DNA of 64,000 bases, taken from assembly GCA_963666055.2 (NCBI GenBank), contig CAXWPH010000014.1:128001-192000 (forward strand), given 5' to 3'. The notes under the pieces were generated by a model. That model searched no databases, was not told where the DNA came from, and saw only the letters and a list, made by a program, of their open reading frames with translations. Both the position numbers and the translations under genes were made by a program. Origin of the DNA: Acidobacteriota bacterium (GTDB lineage: Bacteria > Acidobacteriota > UBA890 > WLXD01). Positions 1-10,291 of the stretch are shown here, one piece after another; the stretch's first letter is position 1, and the number at the start of each line of letters is the position of its first letter.

Positions 1-541
1 CCGACTCGAGGGCAAGAAAACGTTGGGTTTCGAGCTCGCCGAGCAGTTGGGCTGGAAGCTGCCGGAGAGCATCGTCTACCCCACCGGCGGTGGAACCGGC
101 CTGCTCGGCATGTGGAAGGCTTTCGACGAGCTCGAGGCGTTGGGCTTGATCGGGTCGCAGAGGCCCCGAATGTACACCGTGCAGGCGGAGGGTTGTGCGC
201 CCATCGTGCGGGCATTCGAAGCCGGCGATGCTGGCGCCGAACCCTGGACCAACGCGCAGACCATAGCCAACGGACTCCGCGTTCCTCGTGCCTTCGCCGA
301 TCAAGAGATCCTCGCTGTATTGCGCGATTCCGGCGGCGACGCGATCACGGTGTCGGATGAGGCAATGCTAGACATGCTGCGCATGACCGCGCGCATGGAG
401 GGCATCTACGCTGCTCCTGAGGCCGCGGCTACGCTGGTGGCAGCGGCCGAGCTCGCGCGTCAGGGCCGACTTGACGGCGACGGGCGCGTCGTCTGTTTCC
501 TCACCGGCAACGCATACAAGTACCTGTCATCGCTCGGCTAG
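1..541 (+). CDS. thrC: Threonine synthase (PLP-dependent, fold type II), 5'-truncated by window edge
   Basis: Frame reads RLEGKKTLGFELAEQLGW..P..IVYPTGGGTG, VQAEGCAPIV, EGIYAAPEAAA and FLTGNAYKY, typical of the threonine synthase C-terminal half. Confidence 0.8.
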   Translation, partial: RLEGKKTLGFELAEQLGWKLPESIVYPTGGGTGLLGMWKAFDELEALGLIGSQRPRMYTVQAEGCAPIVRAFEAGDAGAEPWTNAQTIANGLRVPRAFADQEILAVLRDSGGDAITVSDEAMLDMLRMTARMEGIYAAPEAAATLVAAAELARQGRLDGDGRVVCFLTGNAYKYLSSLG

Positions 542-570
542 CAGGTCGTGGTGGACGTAGGGCGGCCGGC
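538..570 (+). repeat. Solo degenerate terminal repeat of the family-A element, at the thrC stop codon
   Basis: CTAGCAGGTCGTGGTGGACGT matches the element end CTAGCAGGCCGTGGTGGAAGT at 19 of 21 positions; its TAG is the thrC stop. Confidence 0.65.
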
Positions 571-690
571 GCTGCAATTGTGGAATAACCGACGATCGTC
601 ACTCCGCCGATCGTAGTGGGAGTGTCGCTGCAGCCCAAGGGGCAATATGATAGTCGCTATCCGGTTTCGGAAAACCATCGTGAGGAAATT

Positions 691-906
691 ATGTTCGGCT
701 CGATCGGGGGTACAGAGCTCCTCATCATCCTGGTGATCGCGCTCGTGATGTTCGGCCCGAAGCGTCTGCCGGAGCTGGGGCGCACGATTGGCAAGGGCCT
801 GCGTGAATTCCGACGAGCCTCCAACGACCTCAAACGCTCGCTTGAAGATGAGATCATGCTCGATGAGCACCGTAGCGAGCAGGCGGGTTCTCGCGATACT
901 GACTGA
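691..906 (+). CDS. tatA: Twin-arginine translocase subunit TatA/B
   Basis: MFGSIGGTELLIILVIALVMFGPKRLPELGRTIGKGLREFRRA; GAGGA SD before ATG 691. Confidence 0.92.
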   Translation: MFGSIGGTELLIILVIALVMFGPKRLPELGRTIGKGLREFRRASNDLKRSLEDEIMLDEHRSEQAGSRDTD

Positions 907-947
907 GCGAGTGAACCGGCTGAACGAGTGGTCGGAGTAACCGCGCG

Positions 948-1725
948 GTGAGCGAGTCTGAAGGCGCGACGGTGGCCGACGACCAGCCTGGAGCTGGCCG
1001 GAGCGAGACGCTACCGGAAATGACGTTGCTCGGCCACCTGACCGAGCTCCGCCGACGCCTCGTCGTCAGCTTGGTGGCTTTCGTCATCGGGATGGTGGTG
1101 TGCTGGGCGTTCGCGGCGGAAATCTACAGCCTTCTGACCCGGCCGATCGTCGAGCTGCTCCCCGGCGACGCACGGCCCGCGTACCTTTCGCTTACCGAGC
1201 CGTTCATGCTCTATTTGAAGGTCGCCGCGCTGTCGGGGTTCCTGGTCGCGTCCCCGGTGATCATTTACCAGGTTTGGATGTTCGTTGCGCCGGGACTGTA
1301 CCGGCGCGAGCGACACTACGTGTTTCCGGTCGTGGCGTCCTCGGTGGGGTGTTTCCTTTTGGGCGCCCTGTTCGGATACCGCGTCCTCTTCCCGGTGATG
1401 GCCAATTTCTTCCTGTCGCTGGGTAGCGACTTCAGACCGGTACTGGCAGTAAACAACCTCTTCGGCTTCCTCACCCGGACGCTCCTTGGTTGCGCGCTCA
1501 TTTTCCCAGTGGCCGATCGTCGTGCTGTTTCTCGCGCGGCTGGGCATACTGACGGCTGGAAGCATGTGGCGAAACTTTCGCTATGCGGTGCTGGTCATCT
1601 TCGTGGTGGCGGCTGTAGTAACCCCGACCCCGGACATGGCGACGCAGACCATCCTGGCCTTGCCGATGCTGTTTCTGTACGCCATCGGGATCCTGATCGC
1701 ATGGGCGGTAGCGCCGCGCAGCTGA
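948..1725 (+). CDS. tatC: Twin-arginine translocase subunit TatC (apparent +1 frameshift near 1505)
   Basis: MTLLGHLTELRRRL and YQVWMFVAPGLY in ORF 948; C-terminus (RYAVLVIFVVAAVVTPTPD) in ORF 1486-1725. Confidence 0.9.
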
Positions 1726-1731
1726 TCCGCC

Positions 1732-3453
1732 TCACGCGCTAACGTCGCCGATCTCCAACTGGGCCGTGAGCCGACCCTTCCACTTGCGCGCCCGCAACGT
1801 GGCGACTAGCGAGATCCGCTCGGCACCGCGGAGCGACTCGGCGAGGTCAGCCCGACGCCAGCCCACCGCCTCGATGTCGGCCTCCGGACCGCGAAAATAT
1901 AATTTCACATGCTCCTCCTTGAGCAAGCGCGGAGGCGCGGCAAGGCGGAGATCGCGGCACAAAAAGCGCGGGCGAGGGTTCCCGATTCCGAACGGTGCCA
2001 GCCGTTCCAGCTCGAGCGCGAGCGCCGCCGTTATGCTCTCCGGCTGCAGTTCAGCATCACACGTGAGGGTGGAGCACAGTGCCTCTGGATCCTGGCGATC
2101 CGCATGCTCGATAAGGCTGGCGCGTAGCGCATCCAACTGATTCGCGGGCAGCTGGAAGCCGGCGGCCTGGTGATGCCCCCCGTAGGCGGTGAGATGGTGT
2201 GCCACCGCTTCCAGAGCCGCCACCACGTTGAAGCCGGGAACCGACCGCGCCGAGCCATGCGCGGTCTCGCCATCCGTCGAGATCACCAGCGCCGGCCGGC
2301 CGAAGCGCTCCACCAGCCGTGACGCGACGATTCCGATTACGCCGCGATGCCAGCCGTCGCCACTGACTACCGTGATCGGATCCTCGCCCTTGCACACCGC
2401 GACAGCCTCCGCATACACGCCACGCTCCGTGTCTTGGCGCAGGGCGTTGAGCCGCTGCAACTTGCCAGCAAGCTTCCGGGCACGAGCTGGATCGGCGGTC
2501 AGGAACATCTCGGCAGCGTCGTTCGGATGTGCCAGCCGGCCAGCCGCATTGATACGCGGCGCCAGGCGAAAGGCAATGTCAGAGGCGCTTACCCGCTGTG
2601 CGTCGACGCCCGCCACGTCCATCAACGCCTTCAACCCAGGATTGGTTGCGTTGGCAAGACCCAGAAGACCGTGGAACGCCATGACCCGGTTCTCTCCACG
2701 TAGCGGCACCAGATCAGCGACCGTTCCGAGGGCGACGAGCTTCAGCATCGAGATCCCGCTGAGCCGCGTGGGGTGCCGCTCGAGAAGCCCGCGTGCCAGC
2801 TTGAAAGCTACGCCTACCGCCGCAAGCTCCTGCTCGGGGTAGCCGGAATCGGGCAACCGCGGGTTCAACAGAGCGATCGCCTGCGGTAGCTCTGGCCGCG
2901 GCAAATGATGATCCACCACGATGACATCGATGCCGAGCGAACGTGCGTGGGCGCAGGCTTCAAGAGCCGTGATGCCGCAATCCACAGCAATGAGCACCGC
3001 AGCGCCGGCGGCATGCGCTTTGTCGATGCCGCTCGGGTTGAGCCCGTAGCCGTCATCGATCCGGTGAGGAAGAATGAGTTCCACCCCACCACCGAGATGA
3101 CGTAGCACAGTCACCAGAAGGACGGCGCCCGTGATTCCGTCCACATCGTAGTCGCCGTGTACCGCGATACGGTCGCCATTGCGCAGCGCAGACATCAATC
3201 GATCGACTGCCGCCTCCATCTGGACGAAGGCAAATGGCGAGTGCAACTCGTCGAGCCCGGGCGCCAGAAAGCCCTCGGCGGCAGCGACCGTGTCAAACCC
3301 ACGCGCCACGAGCACTCGAGCGGTTATCGGATGTAGCCCCAGCGCGGTTTCGATCTGGGCAGCGAGCGTGAGGTCCACATCACGCACCCGCCAGGGCTGC
3401 CGAGCCGCCAGGATGGGTGCGTCGGCGGCCGGCTCGCTTGTGCTCTTGATCAC
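1732..3453 (-). CDS. recJ: Single-stranded-DNA-specific exonuclease RecJ
   Basis: HGDYDVDG, VDCG, VDHH (DHH), GTVADLVPL, PRINAAGR, GSARS and GGHHQAAG motifs. Confidence 0.95.
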   Translation of the reverse strand: MIKSTSEPAADAPILAARQPWRVRDVDLTLAAQIETALGLHPITARVLVARGFDTVAAAEGFLAPGLDELHSPFAFVQMEAAVDRLMSALRNGDRIAVHGDYDVDGITGAVLLVTVLRHLGGGVELILPHRIDDGYGLNPSGIDKAHAAGAAVLIAVDCGITALEACAHARSLGIDVIVVDHHLPRPELPQAIALLNPRLPDSGYPEQELAAVGVAFKLARGLLERHPTRLSGISMLKLVALGTVADLVPLRGENRVMAFHGLLGLANATNPGLKALMDVAGVDAQRVSASDIAFRLAPRINAAGRLAHPNDAAEMFLTADPARARKLAGKLQRLNALRQDTERGVYAEAVAVCKGEDPITVVSGDGWHRGVIGIVASRLVERFGRPALVISTDGETAHGSARSVPGFNVVAALEAVAHHLTAYGGHHQAAGFQLPANQLDALRASLIEHADRQDPEALCSTLTCDAELQPESITAALALELERLAPFGIGNPRPRFLCRDLRLAAPPRLLKEEHVKLYFRGPEADIEAVGWRRADLAESLRGAERISLVATLRARKWKGRLTAQLEIGDVSA

Positions 3454-4403
3454 TGGGACGCGAACGTCCCCATGACCCGGAACTTCTGATAGCGCTGATC
3501 GAGCATTGTGTCGACATCCAGGGCATCGAGCTCCACGAGCTGCCGACGCAACACGTCACCCACGGCAGCGATGGCGGCAGCGTGGTCGGCGTGTGCACCG
3601 CCGATCGGCTCGCTGATTATCTCGTCGACGATTCCCATCTCGACGAGATCCGGCGCGGCGAGACGTAGCGCGTCGGCGGCCTCTTCAGCGTGCTCGCCGT
3701 CACGCCACAGTATCGACGAGCACGACTCGGGCGAGATCACCGAGTAGACCGCGTGCTCCAGCATGCTGACTCGATCCGCCACACCGATAGCAAGGGCCCC
3801 GCCGCTGCCGCCTTCACCGATGACCGTGGCGATGATTGGTACGCGCAGGCCTGCCATCTCGCGCAGATTCATGGCAATCGACTCGGCTACGCCACGCTCC
3901 TCGGCACCGGAGCCTGGATACGCGCCCGGTGTGTCTATGAAGGTCAGCACCGGGTTTCCGAACCTCTCTGCCAACCGCATCACCCGCAGCGCCTTGCGAT
4001 AGCCCTCGGGGTTGGGCATTCCGAAGTTGCGGTACAGCTTCTCCTTGGTGTTACGTCCTTTTTGGTGCCCCACCACCGCCACGGGCCGCCCCTCGAACGA
4101 GGCCAGACCGGCGACCATCGCCGCATCGTCGCGAAAAAGCCGATCGCCGTGCAACTCGACAAAGTCCCCGCATAGGCCCCCTATGTAGTCGAGCGTATGG
4201 GGTCGCTTGGGGTGGCGAGCGACCAGCGTCGTCTGCCAGCGACTGAGATTCGCGTAGACCTCCCGCCGAGTACTGTCGAGCTTGTCCTCTAGTCGCTGTA
4301 GCCTGACGTCACGCTGCATCGATTCCGGGTATCGCTGCAGCTCCACGATCTGCTGCTCAAGATCGCGAATCGGCTTCTCTAGCTCCTCTGCCTTTCGCAA
4401 CAT
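3450..4403 (-). CDS. accA: Acetyl-CoA carboxylase carboxyltransferase alpha subunit
   Basis: ARHPKRP, ELHGDR, RNFGMPNPEGYRKA, IDTPGAYPG and GEGGSGGALA. Confidence 0.96.
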   Translation of the reverse strand: MLRKAEELEKPIRDLEQQIVELQRYPESMQRDVRLQRLEDKLDSTRREVYANLSRWQTTLVARHPKRPHTLDYIGGLCGDFVELHGDRLFRDDAAMVAGLASFEGRPVAVVGHQKGRNTKEKLYRNFGMPNPEGYRKALRVMRLAERFGNPVLTFIDTPGAYPGSGAEERGVAESIAMNLREMAGLRVPIIATVIGEGGSGGALAIGVADRVSMLEHAVYSVISPESCSSILWRDGEHAEEAADALRLAAPDLVEMGIVDEIISEPIGGAHADHAAAIAAVGDVLRRQLVELDALDVDTMLDQRYQKFRVMGTFASQ

Positions 4404-4450
4404 GGCGCAAGACTAGCACGGCTTTATCAACCCGCTGGCGGCCAGATACG

Positions 4451-5017
4451 CTACCGGGATTCAGGGGGTCGGGGGTGAAAAACGCGCTCTACGGCGCCCA
4501 TGAGAGTAGCGATCCACGCCCCTATCGCACCCCAGCGCCCGGCACCCGCACGCCGCGTCGGCTCGACCCGGTGAAGCCGCTCCACGGCATTCGTGACCGC
4601 TCGCGCGCTGAGCTCGTCGAGAAACCCGTCGAACACGTCGACGGCGTCGCCAGTCCAGCCCTCCAGCGCCACGTAGCCTCGCGCCTCAGCCCGCCACTGC
4701 GCCGCGACGTCGTCGATCCAGGTCAGCAGCGGTTGCAGCTCGCTCCCCTGGGGAGGGCCGCCCTCGGACCGAATCCGCGCCCAAACCTTGAGGATCTCGG
4801 TGAGCTCGGTGGCGAGATTACCGGCCAGCGCCTTGGCGCAGTGTGCATCGTCATCGAACAGGGACCCTAGCGAGCCCATACTTCGGCGCCAGTCGCCCTG
4901 TCGCTGTCCGATGCGCTGACGCAGACGCCGAAACTGCTCTTCCTGCTCGCCCACGAGCCCGGAACGCGCCGGAATCGCCCGTAGCCGGGTCTCTAGTCGT
5001 TCGGCGTCGTCGTTCAC
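4451..5017 (-). CDS. Hypothetical alpha-helical protein (about 188 aa)
   Basis: Open frame fills the gap between dnaE and accA on the same strand; GTG start just after the dnaE stop; no recognisable motif. Confidence 0.55.
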   Translation of the reverse strand: MNDDAERLETRLRAIPARSGLVGEQEEQFRRLRQRIGQRQGDWRRSMGSLGSLFDDDAHCAKALAGNLATELTEILKVWARIRSEGGPPQGSELQPLLTWIDDVAAQWRAEARGYVALEGWTGDAVDVFDGFLDELSARAVTNAVERLHRVEPTRRAGAGRWGAIGAWIATLMGAVERVFHPRPPESR

Positions 5018-5022
5018 CGCGC

Positions 5023-8000
5023 TCAGCTCGTCAGGCGAACGCAACCCGGCCCCAGCAGCTGCTCAAGCTCGCCAACCAGCGCATCGGTCGGATCGACGAA
5101 TAGATAGCGGTGGGGGGCAATGCGGGCGCGGAACCCGTCAGCTTCGCTGCGGCTCACATCCACATAAACCGGAATCGAGCCGCGATGTCGCTCGAGCACG
5201 TCGCGCAGCGTGGACGCCAGATGCGGCACCACGTCGCCAACGTCTACAGCGATACGCAGCGTCTGTGCCGACCCGTGTCGCGCCCGCTTGGAGGCATCTC
5301 TGAGCAATCCCACTTCGCTGGCAAGCAGCCGCGGCGTATCCTCGTTGGCCTCGGCACGCCCCTTGAATAACAGCACGGCATCGGGCTCGAGCAACGAAGC
5401 GCAGCGCCGGTAGACGGCCGGGAAGATCACCACCTCGGCGTGGCCCTCCATGTCTTCGACTTGGACAACCGCCATGCGCTCGCCCTTGCGTGTGGTCAAG
5501 CTACGAATGGAGTTGGCGAGCCCCGCGATGTGCACTTCGCGCCCCGTGCGCCCCTGGCCAAGCTGCCGCGTCGTGGTATCCGCATACTGTTCCATATCGG
5601 CCGCATGGCGTTGCAAGGGGTGCCCGGTGACGTAATAGCCGAGCGATTCGCGCTCCGCGTTCAGGACGTCGCGCTCCGACCACCGCTCGGGGGGCGCCGG
5701 GAGCGGCACGTACCGGTCTTCTTCGCTGCGATCGCTGCCGCCCCCGAACAGACTCCGCTGCCCGGCGGCGCGGTCCCGCTGCAGCTTCTGCCCAGCAGCC
5801 AACGAGCCTTCGAGCCGCGCCATCAGCATGGCGCGGGCGGTTCCGACATCGAGCTGCCCGTCGTTGACCAAGCCATCCATGGCACCCGCCTTGATCAAGC
5901 TCTCGATCGTCTTGCGGTTGATCCCGCCGCGCAGCTGCACCTCCTCGCAGAACTGCAGCAGATGCCGAAGGGTGCCGACACGCTCGCGCGCCTCGATGAT
6001 CGCCTCGACAGCCCCCTCGCCAACACCTTTGATCGCTGCCAGCCCGAAGCGAATCGCCTCGCCGGCTGGCGCGAAATGCACCGAGCTCTCGTTGACGTCG
6101 GGAGGTAACACCTGGATGTTCATGCCGCGGCACTCGTTGATGTACTGCACGATCTTGTCGGTGTTGCCCTGCTCCGTAGTCAACAAAGCGGCCATGAAGT
6201 GAATCGGGAACCTGGCCTTGAGGTACGCCGTTTGGTACGCGAGAAGCGCGTACGCGGCCGAATGCGACTTGTTGAAACCGTATCCGGCGAACTCGACGAT
6301 CATGTCCCAGATGGGCTTGGCGGTATTGGCCGGTATGCCGCTCGCTTCGCTGCCGTGGAGGAACTTCTCCTCCATCGACGCCATCACCTCGGGACTCTTT
6401 TTCCCCATCGCCTTGCGCAACACATCCGCCTCACCGAGCGTGAACCCCGCCATCTCCGACGCGATCCTCATCACCTGTTCCTGGTAGACGATGACCCCAT
6501 AGGTGTCTTCGAGGATCGGCTGGAGCTCGGGGCGCACATACTTGACGCGCGAGGTGTCGTGTTTCCTGCCGATGTACTCGTCGACAATGCCGGAGCGAAT
6601 CGGGCCGGGGCGGTACAGCGCGTTCATGGCGATCAGGTCGTCGAGGCGCGTCGGCTTCAGGCGTCTGAGGGCATCGCGCATCCCGGACGACTCAAACTGG
6701 AAGACGCCCGACGTCGCCCCCTGAGCGAACAGTCGGTACGTGGTGGCGTCGTCGAGTGGAATGTCCGCGGTGGTAAACGAGCGGTCGAGCTCATGCGAGA
6801 TGGTCGCCAGGCAGTCGTGTACCAGCGTCAGCGTTCGTAGGCCGAGGAAGTCCATCTTCAACAAGCCAATCGCATCAACGTCGTTCATCGGGTATTGCGT
6901 GGCCACGAAGTGGTCCTGGTCGGAGCCCTGCCCGGTCGGCGGCTTATAGAGGGGCACATAGTTGGTCAGTGGCTCGTCCGCGATCACCACGCCGGCGGCG
7001 TGTGTCGAGGCGTGTCGTACCTGTCCTTCCAGCTGCTCGGCGAGCCCCACCAGCCGCTCGACCTGCGGATCAGCGTCGATCGCCTCCCGCAGCGCCTGTT
7101 CGGTAGCCCGGGCCCCGGCAATGCTGACATCGAGCTCCGCGGGGATCATCTTGGCGATACGGTCGACGTCACCAAAGGACATCTCCAATGCCCTGCCGAC
7201 GTCCCGTATGGCCGCCTTGGCCGCCATGGTGCCGAAGGTGATGATGTGCGCGACGCGATCGCGACCGTATTTGTTGGCCACATACTCGATCACTTCTCCC
7301 CGTCGGCGCATGCAGAAGTCGATATCGATATCGGGCATGCTGATGCGCTCCGGGTTGAGGAAGCGCTCGAACACCAAGCCGTACACGAGCGGGTCGACAT
7401 CGGTGATCCTGAGGGAGTACGCCACCAGGCTTCCGGCGGCGCTACCGCGTCCGGGACCCACTGGAATGCCACGTTCGCGTGCGAAACAGATGAAGTCCCA
7501 GACGATCAAGAAGTACCCGGGGAACCCCATCTGGCGGATCACCGACATCTCGAATTCGAGGCGTCGCCGATACTCCTCGTACGAAGCGCTCCCGCGCCAG
7601 CCGTTGCCCTTACCCAGCGCCAGCATGCGTTGCTCGAAACCGTCCTTGACAACCTCGTCGAAATAGCCGTCGAGCGTACGGCCTTCCGGAACCGGGAAGT
7701 GCGGCAGGTGCGTCGCTCCGAAGTCGATCTCCAGGTCGCAGCGATCGGCGATCTCCGTGGTGGTGGCGAGTGCCTGTGGCACCTCCGCAAAGACCCTAGC
7801 CATCTCATCGGGCGACTTCATGTAGAACTCGTCGTTCGGGAATTTCATGCGGTTAGGATCGTTGATGCCCTTACCGGTCTGGATACATAGCAATACGTCA
7901 TGCGGACTGGCGTCCTGCCGGCGCAGGTAGTGACAGTCGTTGGTGGCAACGAGCGGAATATCGAACTCACCGGCCAGGCGGACCAGGTCGGGATTGATGC

Positions 8001-8584
8001 GGCGCTGCTCGTCGAGACCCTGGTCCTGGAGCTCGACGTAGTAGTTGTCGCGCCCGAAGATCTCGATCATCTCGCCGACAGCCCGCCGGGCACCGTTAGT
8101 GTCGCCGTTTAGCAACCTACGGCAGACCTCCCCGGACAGGCAACTGGTCGTTCCGATGAGGCCCTCGGCATGGTTGGCGGAGCACCTCACGGTCGATGCG
8201 CGGCCGGTAGTAGAACCCCTCCAGGTAGCCAATGCTCGAGAGCTTCATCAGATTGCGGTAGCCGGTGGCGTTCTTGGCCAAGAGCACCTGGTGGGAGGCG
8301 GACTCACCAGTTCGACGAGCGGAACGATCGAGCCGCGAACCTGGTGCCAGATACGCCTCCATGCCGACTATCGGCTTGAGATCGTTGGCAATCGCCTGGC
8401 GGTAGAACTGGATCGCACCAAACATGTTGCCGTGATCCGTCAGCGCGACGGCGTGCATCCCCAGCTCTCGGCAGCGCACCATCAGGTCGTCGATACGGGT
8501 TGCCCCATCGAGCAGCGAGAAGTTGCTGTGGTTGTGGAGGTGCACAAACGACGATCGCGCCTGATCCCGACTCATCCGCGCCAC
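5023..8584 (-). CDS. dnaE: DNA polymerase III alpha subunit (apparent +1 frameshift near 8175)
   Basis: PHP start FVHLHNHSNFSLLDG and TDHGNMFG in ORF 8117-8584; GPGRGSAAGS, FERFLNPER, MPDIDIDF, YGFNKSHS and OB fold in ORF 5023-8232. Confidence 0.95.
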
Positions 8585-8588
8585 GCGA

Positions 8589-10143
8589 CTATTCCCATTC
8601 GATCCGTTGCCGGGGGCTTTGTGGATATGTCGTAGACGACGCGGTTGACGCCTTCTACTTCGTTGACGATGCGCGACCCCGTCCGCTGCAGCACGTCATG
8701 CGGAAGCGGAGCCCAATCCGCAGTCATACCATCCACCGAATGCACCGCTCGCAGAGCAATGACCTCGTCATAGGTGCGCCGGTCCCCCATTACGCCAACA
8801 CTGCGAACGGGGAGCAGCACGGCGAATGCCTGCCAGACGGCACCATACAACCCAGCGCGCCGAATTTCCTCGATGAAGATCGCGTCGGCTCCACGAACGC
8901 GCTCGAGTCGGTCCTCATCGATCGGACCCAGCACCCTGACCGCAAGGCCGGGACCCGGGAACGGGTGCCGGTGGACGAATTCATCGTCGAGGCCGAGCTC
9001 CACTCCCAAGCGGCGTACTTCGTCCTTGAAGAGCTCCCTCAATGGCTCGACCAGACCCATCGGCATGTGCTCGGGAAGACCGCCAACGTTGTGATGGCTC
9101 TTGATGGTCACCGAGGGACCGCGTACCGACACGCTCTCGATCACGTCAGGGTAAAGCGTTCCCTGAGCGAGGAACTCGAATCGCTCCCCACGGGCGCTCG
9201 CCAGCTGTTCGGCCTGGTGAGCAAATATCTCGATGAACTCGCGGCCGATGATCTTGCGCTTGATCTCGGGGTCCTCGACCCCCGCCAGCGCGTCCAGAAA
9301 GCGCTGTCTTGCGTCGACGACGTGTACCGGGAAATCAAGCCGTTTCTCGAACGATCGCTCCAATGCCGCCCGCTCGCCGCGCCGCAGCAGGCCGGTATCG
9401 ACCATCACGCAGACGACACGATCGCCAAGTGCTCGCCGCAGCAGGAGTGCGGTGACAGCCGAATCGACGCCCCCCGACAGAGCGCACAGGACACTGCCGT
9501 CGCCCACCTTGGTGCGGACGTCGGCGACGAGCTCATCGACGAAAGCCTCGGGCGTCCAGGTGGGCTCGCAACCGCAGATGTCGAAGATGAAATTACCCAA
9601 CAGCGTTGGCCCGCGCGGAGTGTGGTGGACCTCAGGGTGGAACTGGATCCCGCAGCGGCCCGCATCACCGTTCTCGATGGCAGCAATCACGCCATCCGAC
9701 CGGGCGGTGACTCGATAGCCGGCCGGAAGGTCGCGAGCCGTATCGCCGTGGCTCATCCATACAGCGTCACCGCTCGACCAGCCGGCGAGCAGGCGCGACG
9801 AGCTGTCCTCGAGCTCGACGCTGGAGCGACCGTACTCGCGCCATCTCGACGGCTCCACCGTGCCGCCGAGCTCGCTCACCAGCAGCTGCATGCCATAACA
9901 GATCCCCAGCACAGGGACTTCCGCCTCCAGCCAGGCGTGGTGACAACGCGGCGCCTCGGAGTCCGCGACGGATTCCGGGCCGCCCGACAACACCACTCCC
10001 GCCGGAGCATCGTCGGCCAGGATCTCGGGCGAAGCGTGAAACGGGAGGACCTCCGAGTACACGCCCGCCTCACGCACGCGACGCGCGATGAGCTGGGTGT
10101 ACTGGCCGCCGAAGTCGAGAATCAGGATTCGCTGTCTGCTCAC
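8589..10143 (-). CDS. guaA: GMP synthase (glutamine-hydrolysing); extra base near the 3' end
   Basis: ILDFGGQYTQLIARRVRE, GICYGMQ, QFHPEV, SGGVDS, IKSHHNVGG and RHPFPGPGL; removing one G near 8605 restores the canonical KPPATIEWE* with stop at 8589-8591. Confidence 0.95.
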
Positions 10144-10291
10144 CTGAGGTTGTCCTCGAACAGCTTCAGAATGCGGCGGCACTCGTCGGCCCACGACGCC
10201 GGCGCTACGAGCCCGTGACTCTCTATCGGGTAGGGGCTTGGAGCCCTTCGTCGAAGTATATGGGTGACGAGTTCATGCTGTCGTACGCAGC

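Noticed and set aside
580-589. DnaA-box-like TGTGGAATAA upstream of tatA
   Set aside because: Single imperfect match with no cluster
8117-8232. Programmed frameshift or split intein in dnaE
   Set aside because: No slippery sequence or intein motifs. One extra C explains the break, matching errors in neighbouring genes.
8500-10218. 572-aa plus-strand ORF, and similar long ORFs at 16581-18299, 18832-20034, 39772-40839, 53293-54435 and 54432-55589
   Set aside because: Antisense shadows of well-supported genes, expected in high-GC DNA, with no recognisable motifs
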